From Paracoccaceae bacterium (lineage in GTDB: Bacteria; Pseudomonadota; Alphaproteobacteria; Rhodobacterales; Rhodobacteraceae): DNA of 64,000 bases. Of this stretch, positions 42,600 to 55,510 are shown in pieces. Every line of letters begins with the position of its first letter. The stretch's first letter is position 1. The DNA lies in contig JALEGX010000016.1 of NCBI GenBank assembly GCA_022763485.1, positions 2,820 to 66,819 of the forward strand, given 5' to 3'. The notes beneath the pieces were generated by a model. It was not told the origin of the DNA and did no database searches. It was given only the letters and a program-made list of their open reading frames with translations. Both the position numbers and the translations under genes were made by a program.

Positions 42600-43532
42600 A
42601 TGACAGGGATGGGGCGGGAAACGAGCAGAACTTCCGTGGATATTGGCAAACACAGACGCACCCTGTTGCGCCTTACGGCCGCCGCCGTGGCGCTGAGCCT
42701 TATGGCGGGATGCGAAGACGGTGTGAACATGCCCACCTTCCTCAAACCCAAGCCCGAAAGCGAAGACACCGGTGAGGTGCAGCCCAGCACCTCGACCAAG
42801 CTGGTGGAGCGGGATATCGAAGCGCCCGAGGTCTTTTCGGTCACCGAGGCGGGTCTCTGGGATGGCCGCCCGTCCCTTGGCGGGGTCTGGGTCGCGCATT
42901 CTGATGCCAAGGATCCCGAGCGGGTCATCATCCGCAACAGCGCCAACGGCAAATTCGTCATCGGCGCCCTGTTCCGCCGGGAACGTGAAATTCCGGGACC
43001 GCGCATTCAGGCCTCTTCTGACGCAGCTGCTGCCCTTGGCATGCTGGCCGGTGCTCCGGTTGAGCTGAACGTGACCGCGCTGCGCCGCGAAACCGTTGAG
43101 GAAACACCCCCCGTTGAGGAGCTGCCGGAAGAGACCGACACCCAGCTGGCCGCCTCAGACGACACCGGTGACGAAATCTCGGCCACGCCGCTGGACCCGA
43201 TCGCCGGGGCCGCCGCCGCCATCGAAGCCTCGGCCCCTGCCGCGCAGCCCGCACCGGCGCCCGCGCCCAAGCCGAAACCCAAGAAAAAGACCTCTTCGCT
43301 GTCGAAACCCTATATTCAGATCGGGATCTTCAGCGTGGAAGCAAACGCCAACCGCAGTGCCAAGATGATGACCGGTGCCGGGATGATCCCCACCGTGTTT
43401 GAACAGAGCCTGAACGGCAAGCAGTTCTGGCGCGTTGTCGTTGGTCCGGCTCAGTCCAGCTCGGAACGCGCTGCCTTGTTGAAAAAAGTGAAGGCTACCG
43501 GCTTCTCGGACGCCTACTTCGTATCAAAGTAA
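42600..43532 (+). CDS. SPOR domain-containing lipoprotein
   Basis: Lipobox LMAGC after a basic N-region, a P/A/E-rich linker, and a C-terminal SPOR domain (YIQIGIFSVEANA...FWRVVVGP). The start is uncertain (42471, 42543, 42600 or 42609 are all possible). Confidence 0.8.
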   Translation: MTGMGRETSRTSVDIGKHRRTLLRLTAAAVALSLMAGCEDGVNMPTFLKPKPESEDTGEVQPSTSTKLVERDIEAPEVFSVTEAGLWDGRPSLGGVWVAHSDAKDPERVIIRNSANGKFVIGALFRREREIPGPRIQASSDAAAALGMLAGAPVELNVTALRRETVEETPPVEELPEETDTQLAASDDTGDEISATPLDPIAGAAAAIEASAPAAQPAPAPAPKPKPKKKTSSLSKPYIQIGIFSVEANANRSAKMMTGAGMIPTVFEQSLNGKQFWRVVVGPAQSSSERAALLKKVKATGFSDAYFVSK

Positions 43533-43548
43533 CAGGAGCTTTCTCGCG

Positions 43549-44730
43549 ATGCTTGAAACTCTCCGCTTGTCCTCTCGTCTCCTGGCCTCTGCCGGGCTCG
43601 TGCTGTGTCTGGCTGCCACTACGGCCAGCGCGTTTGACACCCGCGCCCGCGCCGCTTTTGTCGTGGATCAGCAATCCGATACCGTGCTGCTGTCCAAGAA
43701 CGCCGAAGAGCCGTTGCCTCCGGCCTCGATGTCCAAGCTGATGACGCTCTACGTGGCGTTCGAAGCCCTGCGCGACGGCCGTCTGACGCTGGATGAACGC
43801 CTGCCCGTTTCGCAACATGCGATGAGCTACAAGGGCTCGACCATGTTCCTGAACACCCAGGACCGGGTCCGCGTCGAAGACCTGCTGCGCGGCATCATCG
43901 TGCTGTCGGGCAACGATGCCTGCGCGGTGATCGCCGAAGCGCTGAGCCCGGATGGCACCGAAGCCGGTTTTGCCCGCTACATGACCGAGCGCGCGCGCCA
44001 GCTGGGCATGGAGCATTCCACCTTCGCCAACTCCAACGGCTGGCCCGCGGCCGGGCACCGCATGTCGGTCGAAGATCTGGCCATCCTGGCCGAACACCTG
44101 ATCGAGGACTTTCCGGAATATTACCCGCTGTTTTCGGAAACCGAGTTCCAGTTCGACGGGCGCGCGCCCTCCAACACCCGCAACCGCAACCCGCTGTTGC
44201 GCCTGAACATCGGCGCGGACGGGCTGAAGACCGGCCACACCGAAGAGGCCGGTTATGGCCTTGTGGGCTCTGCGAAACAGGGCGACCGCCGGGTCATCTT
44301 CGTGATTTCCGGCATGAGCAGCAATGCCGCCCGCGCAGAGGAGGCGGAAGCCATTGTTAACTGGTCGTTTCGCCAGTTTTCCGAAAAAACCATCGCCCGC
44401 GCCGGTGAGCCCATCGCCCAGGCCGACGTCTGGATGGGGGGACAGCCGACGGTAGGGTTGGTTGCGGCCCAGGACCTGAAGGTCCTGCTGCCTGCGCTCT
44501 CGGGCAAGCAGATGCCCGCGGAAATCGTCTATACCGGCCCCGTTACCGCCCCGATCAAACAGGGGCAGAAGCTGGCTGATCTGGTTGTGACACCGGCCGG
44601 GCTGCCCGAATTGCGCCTGCCGCTGGTGGCGGAACAGGACGTGCCCGCTGGGGGCTTCATGGTGCGGGTGAAAACCGCCACGCAGCTGCTGATCGCACGG
44701 TTCCTCAAAGGACCCGAGGGGGCGACGTGA
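43549..44730 (+). CDS. D-alanyl-D-alanine carboxypeptidase (S11, PBP5/6-like)
   Basis: 393 aa. Signal peptide plus SMSK, SGND and KTGHT motifs. Confidence 0.92.
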   Translation: MLETLRLSSRLLASAGLVLCLAATTASAFDTRARAAFVVDQQSDTVLLSKNAEEPLPPASMSKLMTLYVAFEALRDGRLTLDERLPVSQHAMSYKGSTMFLNTQDRVRVEDLLRGIIVLSGNDACAVIAEALSPDGTEAGFARYMTERARQLGMEHSTFANSNGWPAAGHRMSVEDLAILAEHLIEDFPEYYPLFSETEFQFDGRAPSNTRNRNPLLRLNIGADGLKTGHTEEAGYGLVGSAKQGDRRVIFVISGMSSNAARAEEAEAIVNWSFRQFSEKTIARAGEPIAQADVWMGGQPTVGLVAAQDLKVLLPALSGKQMPAEIVYTGPVTAPIKQGQKLADLVVTPAGLPELRLPLVAEQDVPAGGFMVRVKTATQLLIARFLKGPEGAT

Positions 44731-45356
44731 GTGGCAGACACGGCCTGTTCCTGACCTTCGAAGGGATTGACGGTTCCGGCAAATCGACCCAGGCCAAACG
44801 GCTGGCAAGTGCCCTGCAATCTGCGGGGCATGATGTTGTTCTGACCCGTGAACCCGGCGGATCACCCGGGGCCGAAGAAATCCGCCGTCTGGTGCTGGAG
44901 GGCGATCCCGATCGCTGGTCGGCCGAGACCGAGATCCTGCTGTTCACTGCCGCGCGCCGCGATCACCTTGAGCGCACGATCCTGCCCGCGCTCGGCGCTG
45001 GCAAGGTGGTGATCTGTGACCGCTTTGCCGACAGCACCCGGATGTATCAGGGCCTGTCGCGCGGCGACCTGCGCCCGGTGGTGGATCAGCTGCACAGCCT
45101 GATGATCGGACGTGAACCGGACCTGACGCTGCTGATCGACATGGATCCGGAAATCGGCCTCTCTCGCGCCAAGGGGCGTCAGGGCACAGAAGAGCGGTTC
45201 GAGGATTTCGGAGTGGACCTGCAACGCAAGATGCGGACCGGTTTCCTGTCCCTTGCCGATGAATTCTCGCAAAGGTTCCGTGTTATCGACGGGGCCCAGC
45301 CGATGGATGCGATTGCCGCTGAAATCCTGTCGCTTGTCACGGGCGCGCTGGAATGA
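44727..45356 (+). CDS. tmk: dTMP (thymidylate) kinase
   Basis: 209 aa. FEGIDGSGKSTQ P-loop. 4-nt overlaps with both neighbours. Confidence 0.95.
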   Translation: MSGRHGLFLTFEGIDGSGKSTQAKRLASALQSAGHDVVLTREPGGSPGAEEIRRLVLEGDPDRWSAETEILLFTAARRDHLERTILPALGAGKVVICDRFADSTRMYQGLSRGDLRPVVDQLHSLMIGREPDLTLLIDMDPEIGLSRAKGRQGTEERFEDFGVDLQRKMRTGFLSLADEFSQRFRVIDGAQPMDAIAAEILSLVTGALE

Positions 45357-46468
45357 GTGACGACCTCCCCGCCCCGGATCAGGTCCCCGGTTTCCCCCAC
45401 CCGCGCGAAACCCAAAGGCTTTTTGGTCAGGATCAGGCACAGGCCGATTTCCTGAGCGCCTATAACGCCGACAGGCTGCACCACGGGTGGCTGCTGACCG
45501 GCCCACAGGGCGTCGGCAAAGCCACGCTCGCCTGGCAGATCGCCCGCTTCCTGCTTGCCACGCCCCCGGCGGAGGCCGGGCTGTTCGGCGCGCCCCCGCC
45601 CGTTGAGACACTGTCCATTTCTGATGAACATCCTGTCAGTCACCGCATCCTTGCCGGTGCCGAACCCGGCCTGGCCGCGATTACCCGCAGCGCCAATGAC
45701 AAGGGAAAGCTGCGCGACCAGATCGTGGTCGACGATGTCCGCAAGCTCAATCATTTCTTCGGCCTGTCCGCCACCGATGGCGGGCGACGGGTGGTCATCG
45801 TGGATTCCGCCGATGAAATGAACACCAGCGCCGCCAATGCGCTGTTGAAAATGCTGGAAGAGCCCCCAGCCCGGACCACGCTGCTGCTGGTCTCGCATCA
45901 GCCGTCGCGCCTGTTGCCGACCATCCGGTCCCGCTGCCGGACCCTTCGCCTACCGGCGCTGTCGCCGGATGACATGCAGGCCGCGCTGCTGCAGGCGGGC
46001 GCCGACCTGCCGGAAACGCCAGACCAACTGGCCGCGCTTGCCTCCGGTTCGGTGGGTGCGGCGCTGCGCCTGCTGACCCTGGACGGGCTGCGCATCTACC
46101 AGGACCTGATCAACATCGTCGGCTCCATGCCACAGCTGGACCGCCCGCGCGCGCAGGCCCTGGCGGATACCGCCGCCCAGCGCGGCGCAGCCGACCGGTT
46201 TGAGCTGATGCTGACACTTCTGGACATTCTTCTGGCCCGCCTGGCCCGCACCGGAGCGGTTGGCATGGCCCCACGCCCCGAAGCCGCCCAGGGCGAGGCT
46301 GCGGCGCTTGAACGCCTCTCTGCCAGCCCGCATCAGGCCCGGGCCTGGGCCGATCTGGCCACCCGCATCACCGCCCGAATGCGGCATGGCCAATCGGTGA
46401 ACCTTGACCCCGCCGCACTTGTTCTAGATACGGTTTTCAAGATGCAGGAAACCGCCAGCCGGGCTTGA
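45353..46468 (+). CDS. holB: DNA polymerase III subunit delta-prime
   Basis: 371 aa. AAA+ clamp-loader fold (HGWLLTGPQGVGKATLA, SRCRTL). Conserved tmk-holB order. Confidence 0.9.
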   Translation: MSDDLPAPDQVPGFPHPRETQRLFGQDQAQADFLSAYNADRLHHGWLLTGPQGVGKATLAWQIARFLLATPPAEAGLFGAPPPVETLSISDEHPVSHRILAGAEPGLAAITRSANDKGKLRDQIVVDDVRKLNHFFGLSATDGGRRVVIVDSADEMNTSAANALLKMLEEPPARTTLLLVSHQPSRLLPTIRSRCRTLRLPALSPDDMQAALLQAGADLPETPDQLAALASGSVGAALRLLTLDGLRIYQDLINIVGSMPQLDRPRAQALADTAAQRGAADRFELMLTLLDILLARLARTGAVGMAPRPEAAQGEAAALERLSASPHQARAWADLATRITARMRHGQSVNLDPAALVLDTVFKMQETASRA

Positions 46469-46469
46469 G

Positions 46470-47282
46470 ATGACCGACACCACGATCCCAGAGATTACCG
46501 ACAGCCATTGCCACCTCGATTTCCCCGATTTCGAGGGCAAACTGCCCGAGGTCGTGGCCCGCGCCGCCGAAGCTGGCGTGACCCGCATGGTGACCATCTG
46601 CACCCGGCTGAAAAACGAACCCACCGTGCGCGCCATCGCCGAGGCCCACGCCCCGATCTTCTACGCCGCGGGCACCCACCCGATGAGCGCCGCCGAAGAA
46701 CCGATGGCGACGGTCGAAGAGCTGGTCGCGCTGGCCCGGCATCCGAAATTCGTGGGCATCGGGGAAACGGGGCTGGATTATCACTACACCGCCGACAGCA
46801 AGGATGTTCAGAAGGAAAGCCTGAAGATCCATATCGAGGCCGCGCGCCAGACCGGCCTGCCGCTGATCATCCATTCGCGCGACGCCGATGACGACATGGC
46901 CCGCATCCTGTCGGATGAGCTGGCCCATGGGCCCTATTCCTGCGTCATGCATTGCTTCTCCTCCTCGGCAGAGCTGGCCAGGGCGGCCATCGATCTGGGC
47001 TTCTACCTGTCGATGTCGGGCATCGCCGCCTTCCCCAAGAGCCAGGAACTGCGCGACATCTTCGCCGCGGCCCCGGTGGACCGGATCCTGGTGGAAACCG
47101 ACGCCCCCTATCTTGCGCCGCCCCCCTATCGCGGCAAGCGCAATGAACCCGCCTACACGGCGCATACCGCCCGCAAAGGGGCCGAGGTCTTCGGCATGGA
47201 CTACGCCGATTTCGCCGCCCAGACGCAGGCCAATTTCGACCGCCTCTTCACCAAGGTCGCGCAACAGAAAGCCGCTGCATGA
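46470..47282 (+). CDS. TatD-family metal-dependent hydrolase
   Basis: 270 aa. DSHCHLDF N-terminus, IIHSRDA, and ETDAPYLAP near the C-terminus. Confidence 0.92.
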   Translation: MTDTTIPEITDSHCHLDFPDFEGKLPEVVARAAEAGVTRMVTICTRLKNEPTVRAIAEAHAPIFYAAGTHPMSAAEEPMATVEELVALARHPKFVGIGETGLDYHYTADSKDVQKESLKIHIEAARQTGLPLIIHSRDADDDMARILSDELAHGPYSCVMHCFSSSAELARAAIDLGFYLSMSGIAAFPKSQELRDIFAAAPVDRILVETDAPYLAPPPYRGKRNEPAYTAHTARKGAEVFGMDYADFAAQTQANFDRLFTKVAQQKAAA

Positions 47283-48079
47283 GTTCAGAACTGCGCTTCA
47301 CGATCCTGGGATGTGGCTCCTCGGGCGGGGTCCCGCGGCTGGGTGGTCACTGGGGCGACTGCGACCCGGAAAACCCGCGCAATATACGTCGCCGCTGCTC
47401 GATGCTGGTGGAACGCGAAGGTCCGGACGGCACCACCACGGTGCTGATCGACACCACGCCTGACATGCGCTCGCAACTGCTGGATACCGGCACCGGACGG
47501 CTGGATGGTGTGGTCTATACCCATTCCCACGCCGATCATGTGCATGGCATCGACGACCTGCGGATGATCGTCTTCAACATGCGCGCCCGGATCCCGGTCT
47601 GGGCCGACGGCGACACGCAAAACGCACTGCTGTCGCGCTTCGGCTATGCCTTCGTGCAACCCGAAGGCTCCCCCTATCCGCCGATCCTGGAGCTCAAATC
47701 CATCTCCGGCGCCTTCGAAATCGACGGCCCCGGCGGCCCGATCCCGTTCCGGCCCTTCACAGTCAACCACGGCTCCATCGACAGCCTGGGGTTCCGCATC
47801 ATGGACCTGGCCTATCTGCCGGATGTAGCCGAAATGCATGACGACGCCTGGCAGGAATTGCAGGACCTCGACTGCTGGATCGTCGACGCGCTGCGCCGCA
47901 CCCCGCATCCGACCCATGCGCATCTGGACAAGGCGTTGGAGTGGATCGACCGCGTCAAACCCAACCGCGCCGTATTGACCAACATGCATATCGATCTGGA
48001 CTATGCCACGGTCGAGGCGGAAACCGCCGAACACATCACCCCTGCCTATGACGGCATGGTGATCCGCTACCCCTTGTGA
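47279..48079 (+). CDS. MBL-fold metallo-hydrolase (PhnP-like)
   Basis: 266 aa. LGCGSSGGVP and HSHADH motifs. Confidence 0.88.
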   Translation: MSSELRFTILGCGSSGGVPRLGGHWGDCDPENPRNIRRRCSMLVEREGPDGTTTVLIDTTPDMRSQLLDTGTGRLDGVVYTHSHADHVHGIDDLRMIVFNMRARIPVWADGDTQNALLSRFGYAFVQPEGSPYPPILELKSISGAFEIDGPGGPIPFRPFTVNHGSIDSLGFRIMDLAYLPDVAEMHDDAWQELQDLDCWIVDALRRTPHPTHAHLDKALEWIDRVKPNRAVLTNMHIDLDYATVEAETAEHITPAYDGMVIRYPL

Positions 48080-48229
48080 GGACGGCATGATGGCTGTCCG
48101 CGCCTCTTTCCGCACCCCGCTCCGGGATCAGGCGCAGGCCCCTTGCTTCTTCTCGTCACAAATACTCAAATCCCCCGCTCTCCGCTCGGAACACCCTCAG
48201 GCCCCCTTCCCCCGGCCCGGACATACCCC

Positions 48230-49162
48230 ATGTTCCAAAGCCTGATTGACGTCATCCTGCCGGTCTTTCTGGTGATCGGCGCGGGCTATGCCACCACGCG
48301 GGCGGGCTATTTCAAGTTCGAACATATCGACGGGATCATGCGCTTCACGCAAGGATTCGCGATCCCCTGCCTGCTGTTCCGCGCCATTGCCAACCTGGAT
48401 CTGTCGGCCAGCTTCGATCCCCGCCTTCTGGCCAGCTTCTATTCGGCCGCCTTCCTGTGCTTTCTGGCCGGGCTTTTCGGCGCCCGCATCCTGTTCAAAC
48501 GCGACTGGGAGGACTGCGTGGCCATCGGCTTCTGCTGCCTGTTTTCCAACTCGGTGCTGCTGGGTTTGCCCATCACCGAACGCGCCTATGGGCCGGAAAA
48601 CCTGACCGGCAACTATGCCATCGTCGCCTTCCATTCGCCCTTCTGCTACGGCGTCGGCATCACTGCGATGGAGATCATCCGCAACCGTGGACATGGCGGC
48701 GTGAAGACCGTGACATCGGTCCTGAATGCAATGTTCCGCAATGTGCTGATTCTCGGGATCGGGCTGGGGTTCGTGGTCAACCTGACGGGGATCGTGATAC
48801 CAGAAACCGTCGACAGTGCCCTGTCACTGGTCATACGCGCGGCCCTTCCGGGGGCGCTTTTTGCCCTGGGGGGCGTGCTGGTCCAATACCGGCCCGAAGG
48901 CGATCTGAAGACCATCGCCTATGTCTGCGGCATCTCGTTGATGGTGCATCCGGCGCTGGTCTGGACTTTCGGGAAAAGTCTTTCGCTTCAACAGGATCTG
49001 TTCCGCTCCGGCGTGTTGAACGCGGCGATGGCACCGGGGTTCAACGCCTATATTTTTGCCAATATGTACGGCCGCGCAAAGCGCGTTGCGGCCTCCTCCG
49101 TGCTGATCGCGACGGGGCTGTGCATCGTCACGGTCTGGGGTTGGCTTCTGGTGCTTGGATAA
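48230..49162 (+). CDS. AEC-family (auxin efflux carrier) transporter
   Basis: The ATG at 48230 (MFQSLIDVILPVFLVIGAGY) is the family-typical N-terminus, followed by about 10 TM segments. The upstream 29 aa of the track ORF are unlikely to be real. Confidence 0.85.
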   Translation: MFQSLIDVILPVFLVIGAGYATTRAGYFKFEHIDGIMRFTQGFAIPCLLFRAIANLDLSASFDPRLLASFYSAAFLCFLAGLFGARILFKRDWEDCVAIGFCCLFSNSVLLGLPITERAYGPENLTGNYAIVAFHSPFCYGVGITAMEIIRNRGHGGVKTVTSVLNAMFRNVLILGIGLGFVVNLTGIVIPETVDSALSLVIRAALPGALFALGGVLVQYRPEGDLKTIAYVCGISLMVHPALVWTFGKSLSLQQDLFRSGVLNAAMAPGFNAYIFANMYGRAKRVAASSVLIATGLCIVTVWGWLLVLG

Positions 49163-49204
49163 AATTTCCAGGTTGACGCCTGCCCTCTCCTCCCCCTACC
49201 AATT

Positions 49205-49320
49205 GCCTCACGCAGGGGGGTCCCGCCAAGGGGACTGAGAGGCGGACGAGGGCATATGCCCGGTGATGCGACCCTTTGAACCTGACCCAGTTGATACTGG
49301 CGGAGGAAGCTAGGTTTGCA
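49205..49320 (+). promoter_or_regulatory. TPP (THI-box) riboswitch aptamer upstream of thiC
   Basis: Conserved cores GGGG...CTGAGA (49236-49241) and ACCCTTTGAACCTGA..CAGTTGATACTGGCGGAGGAAG (49271-49309). Aptamer ends are approximate. Confidence 0.85.
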
Positions 49321-49440
49321 TCGCCCGGGGACCCGTACGCCCCCAGCCATGCAGGTGCCGAACAAGGGGGCCGTACACCCCCTGTTTCCAGCGCGAAATC
49401 ACCTGGTGTCTTTTTGAGTGAATGCTTGAGGAGCACCTGA

Positions 49441-52217
<2,777 letters not shown>

Positions 52218-52384
52218 AGTCACCGCCCAAACCCTTGCCGACGCGCTGAGCGAGCTTGGCTTCACCGGCCCCGCCATCGCCACCGCCCTGAACGGCCAAT
52301 TCGTTCCGCGTGAGGCCCGTCAGACCACATCGCTCAAAAGCGGCGACCAGCTGGAAGTGCTGGCCCCGATGCAAGGAGGGTGAC

Positions 52385-53152
52385 ATGCGCGTCTATGGAA
52401 CCGAAGTAAGCTCGCGGCTGCTGCTGGGCACCGCGCAATACCCATCCCCCAAGGTGCTGGCCGAGGCGATCACCGCCAGCGGATGTGAGATCATCACCGT
52501 GTCGCTGCGCCGGGAAACCGCTGATGGCTCCGGTGCCGGGTTCTGGGATCTGCTGCGCGACACCGGCACCCGCATCCTGCCCAACACCGCGGGGTGTCAT
52601 TCCGTGCAGGAGGCCGTGACCACCGCCCAGATGGCGCGCGAGGTTTTTGGCACCAACTGGATCAAGCTGGAGGTTATCGGCCACTCCGACACCCTGCAAC
52701 CGGATGTCTTTGGTCTGGTCGAAGCCGCGCGGATCCTCTGTGCCGACGGGTTCGAGGTCTTCCCATACACCACGGATGACCTGGTGGTGGGCGAAAAGCT
52801 GGTTGAGGCGGGCTGTGAGCTGTTGATGCCCTGGGGCGCGCCCATCGGCTCGGGCCAGGGGTTGCGCAACCCGGATGCCTTGCGGGCGATGCGGGCGCAT
52901 TTCCCGGACATCCCGCTGATCGTTGACGCCGGGATTGGCCGCCCTTCGGACGCTGCACAAGCGATGGAACTGGGCATAGACGCGGTTCTGCTGAACACCG
53001 CAGTGGCCAAGGCCGGCGATCCGGTCGCGATGGCCCGCGCCATGGCCCTGGGCATCGAGGCAGGCCGCATGGGTCACATGGCCGAACCGATGGAACCGCG
53101 CGACATGGCGGTGCCTTCAACCCCCCTCTTGGGACTGGCGGAGCTGGGATGA
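52385..53152 (+). CDS. thiG: Thiazole synthase ThiG
   Basis: The ATG at 52385 lies one nt after the thiS stop. [19 protein letters not shown] and DAGIG motifs are present. Confidence 0.95.
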   Translation: MRVYGTEVSSRLLLGTAQYPSPKVLAEAITASGCEIITVSLRRETADGSGAGFWDLLRDTGTRILPNTAGCHSVQEAVTTAQMAREVFGTNWIKLEVIGHSDTLQPDVFGLVEAARILCADGFEVFPYTTDDLVVGEKLVEAGCELLMPWGAPIGSGQGLRNPDALRAMRAHFPDIPLIVDAGIGRPSDAAQAMELGIDAVLLNTAVAKAGDPVAMARAMALGIEAGRMGHMAEPMEPRDMAVPSTPLLGLAELG

Positions 53153-53784
53153 TGGAACGTTTCTATTTGATCGTCGGACATGTGAACCGGCTGGAGCTTC
53201 TGGTGCCGCATGGGGTGAAGCTGGTGCAGCTGCGGATCAAGGACCAGCCATTGGAAGAAGTCCGCCGCCAGATCACCCGCGCCCGCGATTTCTGTGCCGT
53301 GCATGGCGCGCAGCTGGTGGTGAATGACTATTGGGAACTGGCGCTGGATCTTCGGTGCAATTTTGTCCATCTGGGGCAGGAGGACATGGACACCGCCGAT
53401 TTTGCCGCCCTGCGCCGCGCGGGCATTCGATACGGCCTGTCGACCCATGACGAAAGCGAGCTGGACCGCGCGCTCGGCCATGATCCGGCCTATGTCGCGC
53501 TGGGGCCGGTCTATCCCACCCTGCTGAAAAAGATGAAGTGGGGGCCGCAGGGCCTGGACAATGTCCGGCGCTGGAAAGCCATGACGGGGGATACGCCGCT
53601 GGTTGCCATCGGTGGTCTGACGCCCGAGCGTCTGCCCGGCGTCTTTGAGGCCGGAGCCGACAGCGCCGCAGTCGTCACCGATATTCAACAGGCCACCGAC
53701 CCCGAGGCGCGCACCCGCGAATGGATCGCCGCCTGTTCTGCGGCCAGTTCTGCGCCCTGTGCTGCGGCCGGTGTGCCTGCATGA
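53149..53784 (+). CDS. thiE: Thiamine-phosphate synthase ThiE
   Basis: 211 aa. LVQLRIKD and AIGG motifs. ATGA overlaps with both neighbours. Confidence 0.88.
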   Translation: MMERFYLIVGHVNRLELLVPHGVKLVQLRIKDQPLEEVRRQITRARDFCAVHGAQLVVNDYWELALDLRCNFVHLGQEDMDTADFAALRRAGIRYGLSTHDESELDRALGHDPAYVALGPVYPTLLKKMKWGPQGLDNVRRWKAMTGDTPLVAIGGLTPERLPGVFEAGADSAAVVTDIQQATDPEARTREWIAACSAASSAPCAAAGVPA

Positions 53785-54749
53785 GCCGCTATGCCCGCCA
53801 GATGTCGCTGCCCGACGTGGGCGCCGCAGGTCAGGCCCGGCTGGAACAGGCGCGGGTGCTGGTTGTCGGCGCGGGCGGGCTGGGCTGCCCGGTCCTGCAA
53901 TATCTGGCCGGAGCTGGCGTTGGGACGATGGACATCATGGACCACGACCGGGTGGAGGAAGGCAACCTGCACCGCCAGCCGCTCTATACGATGGACGACA
54001 TCGGCGCACCAAAGGTGGAGGCCGCGCGCGCCCGGTTGCGGGCGGCCAATCCGGATCTGATCCTCACCCCCATGGCGTGCAGGCTGACCCCTGCCAATGT
54101 CGCCGCGGCCGTCGCACAGGCCGATGTGGTGATTGATGCCGCCGACAGCTTTGCCGCCTCCTACATCCTGTCGGACACATGTCTTGAGATGGGCAAGCCA
54201 TTGATTTCGGCCTCTGTTCTGGGCCAGAGCGGCTATGTCGGCGGCTATTGCGGCGGCGTGCCTTCGCTGCGCGCGGTATTCCCGGAACTGCCCGAACAGG
54301 CGGCAACCTGCGCCACGGCGGGCGTGCTGGGCCCGGCGGTGGGCGTGATCGGGACGCTGCAGGCGCAGATGGCATTGCGGGTGCTGCTGGACCTTTCCCC
54401 TTCGCCCCTTGGGCGGTTGGTTACTGTCGATCTGGAGCAGTTTCAGTTCGGCGGCTTCTCCTTTGCCACTGCACCGGAACCTGAAAACGGCTTTCGCTTT
54501 GTCAGCCGGTCCCAGCTGACCGCTGCCGATCGCGTGATCGAACTGCGTCCCGAAAGCGAAGCACCCCACCTCGCCGCGCCAGAGGCGCAGCGCCTGGATC
54601 CCCGGGCCCTGGAGACGCTGGAGGTCAGCCCGGATCAGCGCACGGTCCTGTGCTGTGCAACGGGGCTACGTGCCTGGAGATCCGCGCGCGCCCTGTCCGC
54701 CCTTGGTCATTGCAACATCGCCCTGCTGGCCACAAGTTGCAGCGCATGA
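53781..54749 (+). CDS. thiF: ThiF/MoeB/HesA-family adenylyltransferase with C-terminal rhodanese-like domain
   Basis: The ATG at 53781 gives [14 protein letters not shown]...VVGAGGLGCP. The C-terminal roughly 100 aa contain a CCATGLRA (CxxGxR) rhodanese-type loop. Confidence 0.85.
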   Translation: MSRYARQMSLPDVGAAGQARLEQARVLVVGAGGLGCPVLQYLAGAGVGTMDIMDHDRVEEGNLHRQPLYTMDDIGAPKVEAARARLRAANPDLILTPMACRLTPANVAAAVAQADVVIDAADSFAASYILSDTCLEMGKPLISASVLGQSGYVGGYCGGVPSLRAVFPELPEQAATCATAGVLGPAVGVIGTLQAQMALRVLLDLSPSPLGRLVTVDLEQFQFGGFSFATAPEPENGFRFVSRSQLTAADRVIELRPESEAPHLAAPEAQRLDPRALETLEVSPDQRTVLCCATGLRAWRSARALSALGHCNIALLATSCSA

Positions 54750-55510
54750 AGCGGGTTCTGATCATCGCCGGGACCGACAGCAGCGGCGGGGCCGGGCTGA
54801 CGCGGGACACCAGCGTCGCAGCAGCACATGGCATGCAGGTCGCGCCGGTTGTCACCGCCGTCACGGCCCAGACCGACAGCGGCGTCAGCGCCATTCACCC
54901 GGTCGCGCCGGATCTGGTGCTTGAGCAGATCAGCTGCGCCCTTGCCGCGCCGGTTGATGCGGTCAAGATCGGGATGCTGGGCAGTGCCGAAACCGCGGGC
55001 GCTGTTGCCGATGCCCTGAACGGCACCCGCTGCCCGGTGGTGATGGACCCCGTTTTGCGCGCCAGCTCCGGCCCCGCGCTGAACCGGTCAGACGCGTTTT
55101 CGCTGATCGCACCGTTGATGGAGCGCATCACCCTGTTGACGCCCAATCTGGAGGAGGCCCGCGTTCTGGCAGGCCTGCCGGACGGACGCCCGGGCGCGCT
55201 TGCACGGGCGATTGGGTCACGCGGTGTTCAGGCCAGCCTGATCAAGGGCGGTCATGACACGGGCGAAACCAGCGTGGACCTGTTGCAGATGCCGGGAGCG
55301 GAGCCGCATCGCTTTTCGGCGCCCCGGCTGAACCGCAGCCAACGGGGCACCGGATGCGCCCTGGCAACCGCGATCGCCTGTCGCCTTGCCCAGGGGCACG
55401 CCCTGCCCCAGGCCTGCGCGCTGGCAAAGCGGGACATTCATAACTGGATCGAAACAGGCGTGTTCAGCGTTTGCGCGCCAGAACCCACACCGGATCATAG
55501 GTCAGGCTGA
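54746..55510 (+). CDS. thiD: Hydroxymethylpyrimidine/phosphomethylpyrimidine kinase ThiD
   Basis: The ATG at 54746 gives MKRVLIIAGTDSSGGAGL, and KIGML is present. The 3-prime end overlaps the convergent bioC by 47 nt. Confidence 0.9.
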   Translation: MKRVLIIAGTDSSGGAGLTRDTSVAAAHGMQVAPVVTAVTAQTDSGVSAIHPVAPDLVLEQISCALAAPVDAVKIGMLGSAETAGAVADALNGTRCPVVMDPVLRASSGPALNRSDAFSLIAPLMERITLLTPNLEEARVLAGLPDGRPGALARAIGSRGVQASLIKGGHDTGETSVDLLQMPGAEPHRFSAPRLNRSQRGTGCALATAIACRLAQGHALPQACALAKRDIHNWIETGVFSVCAPEPTPDHRSG

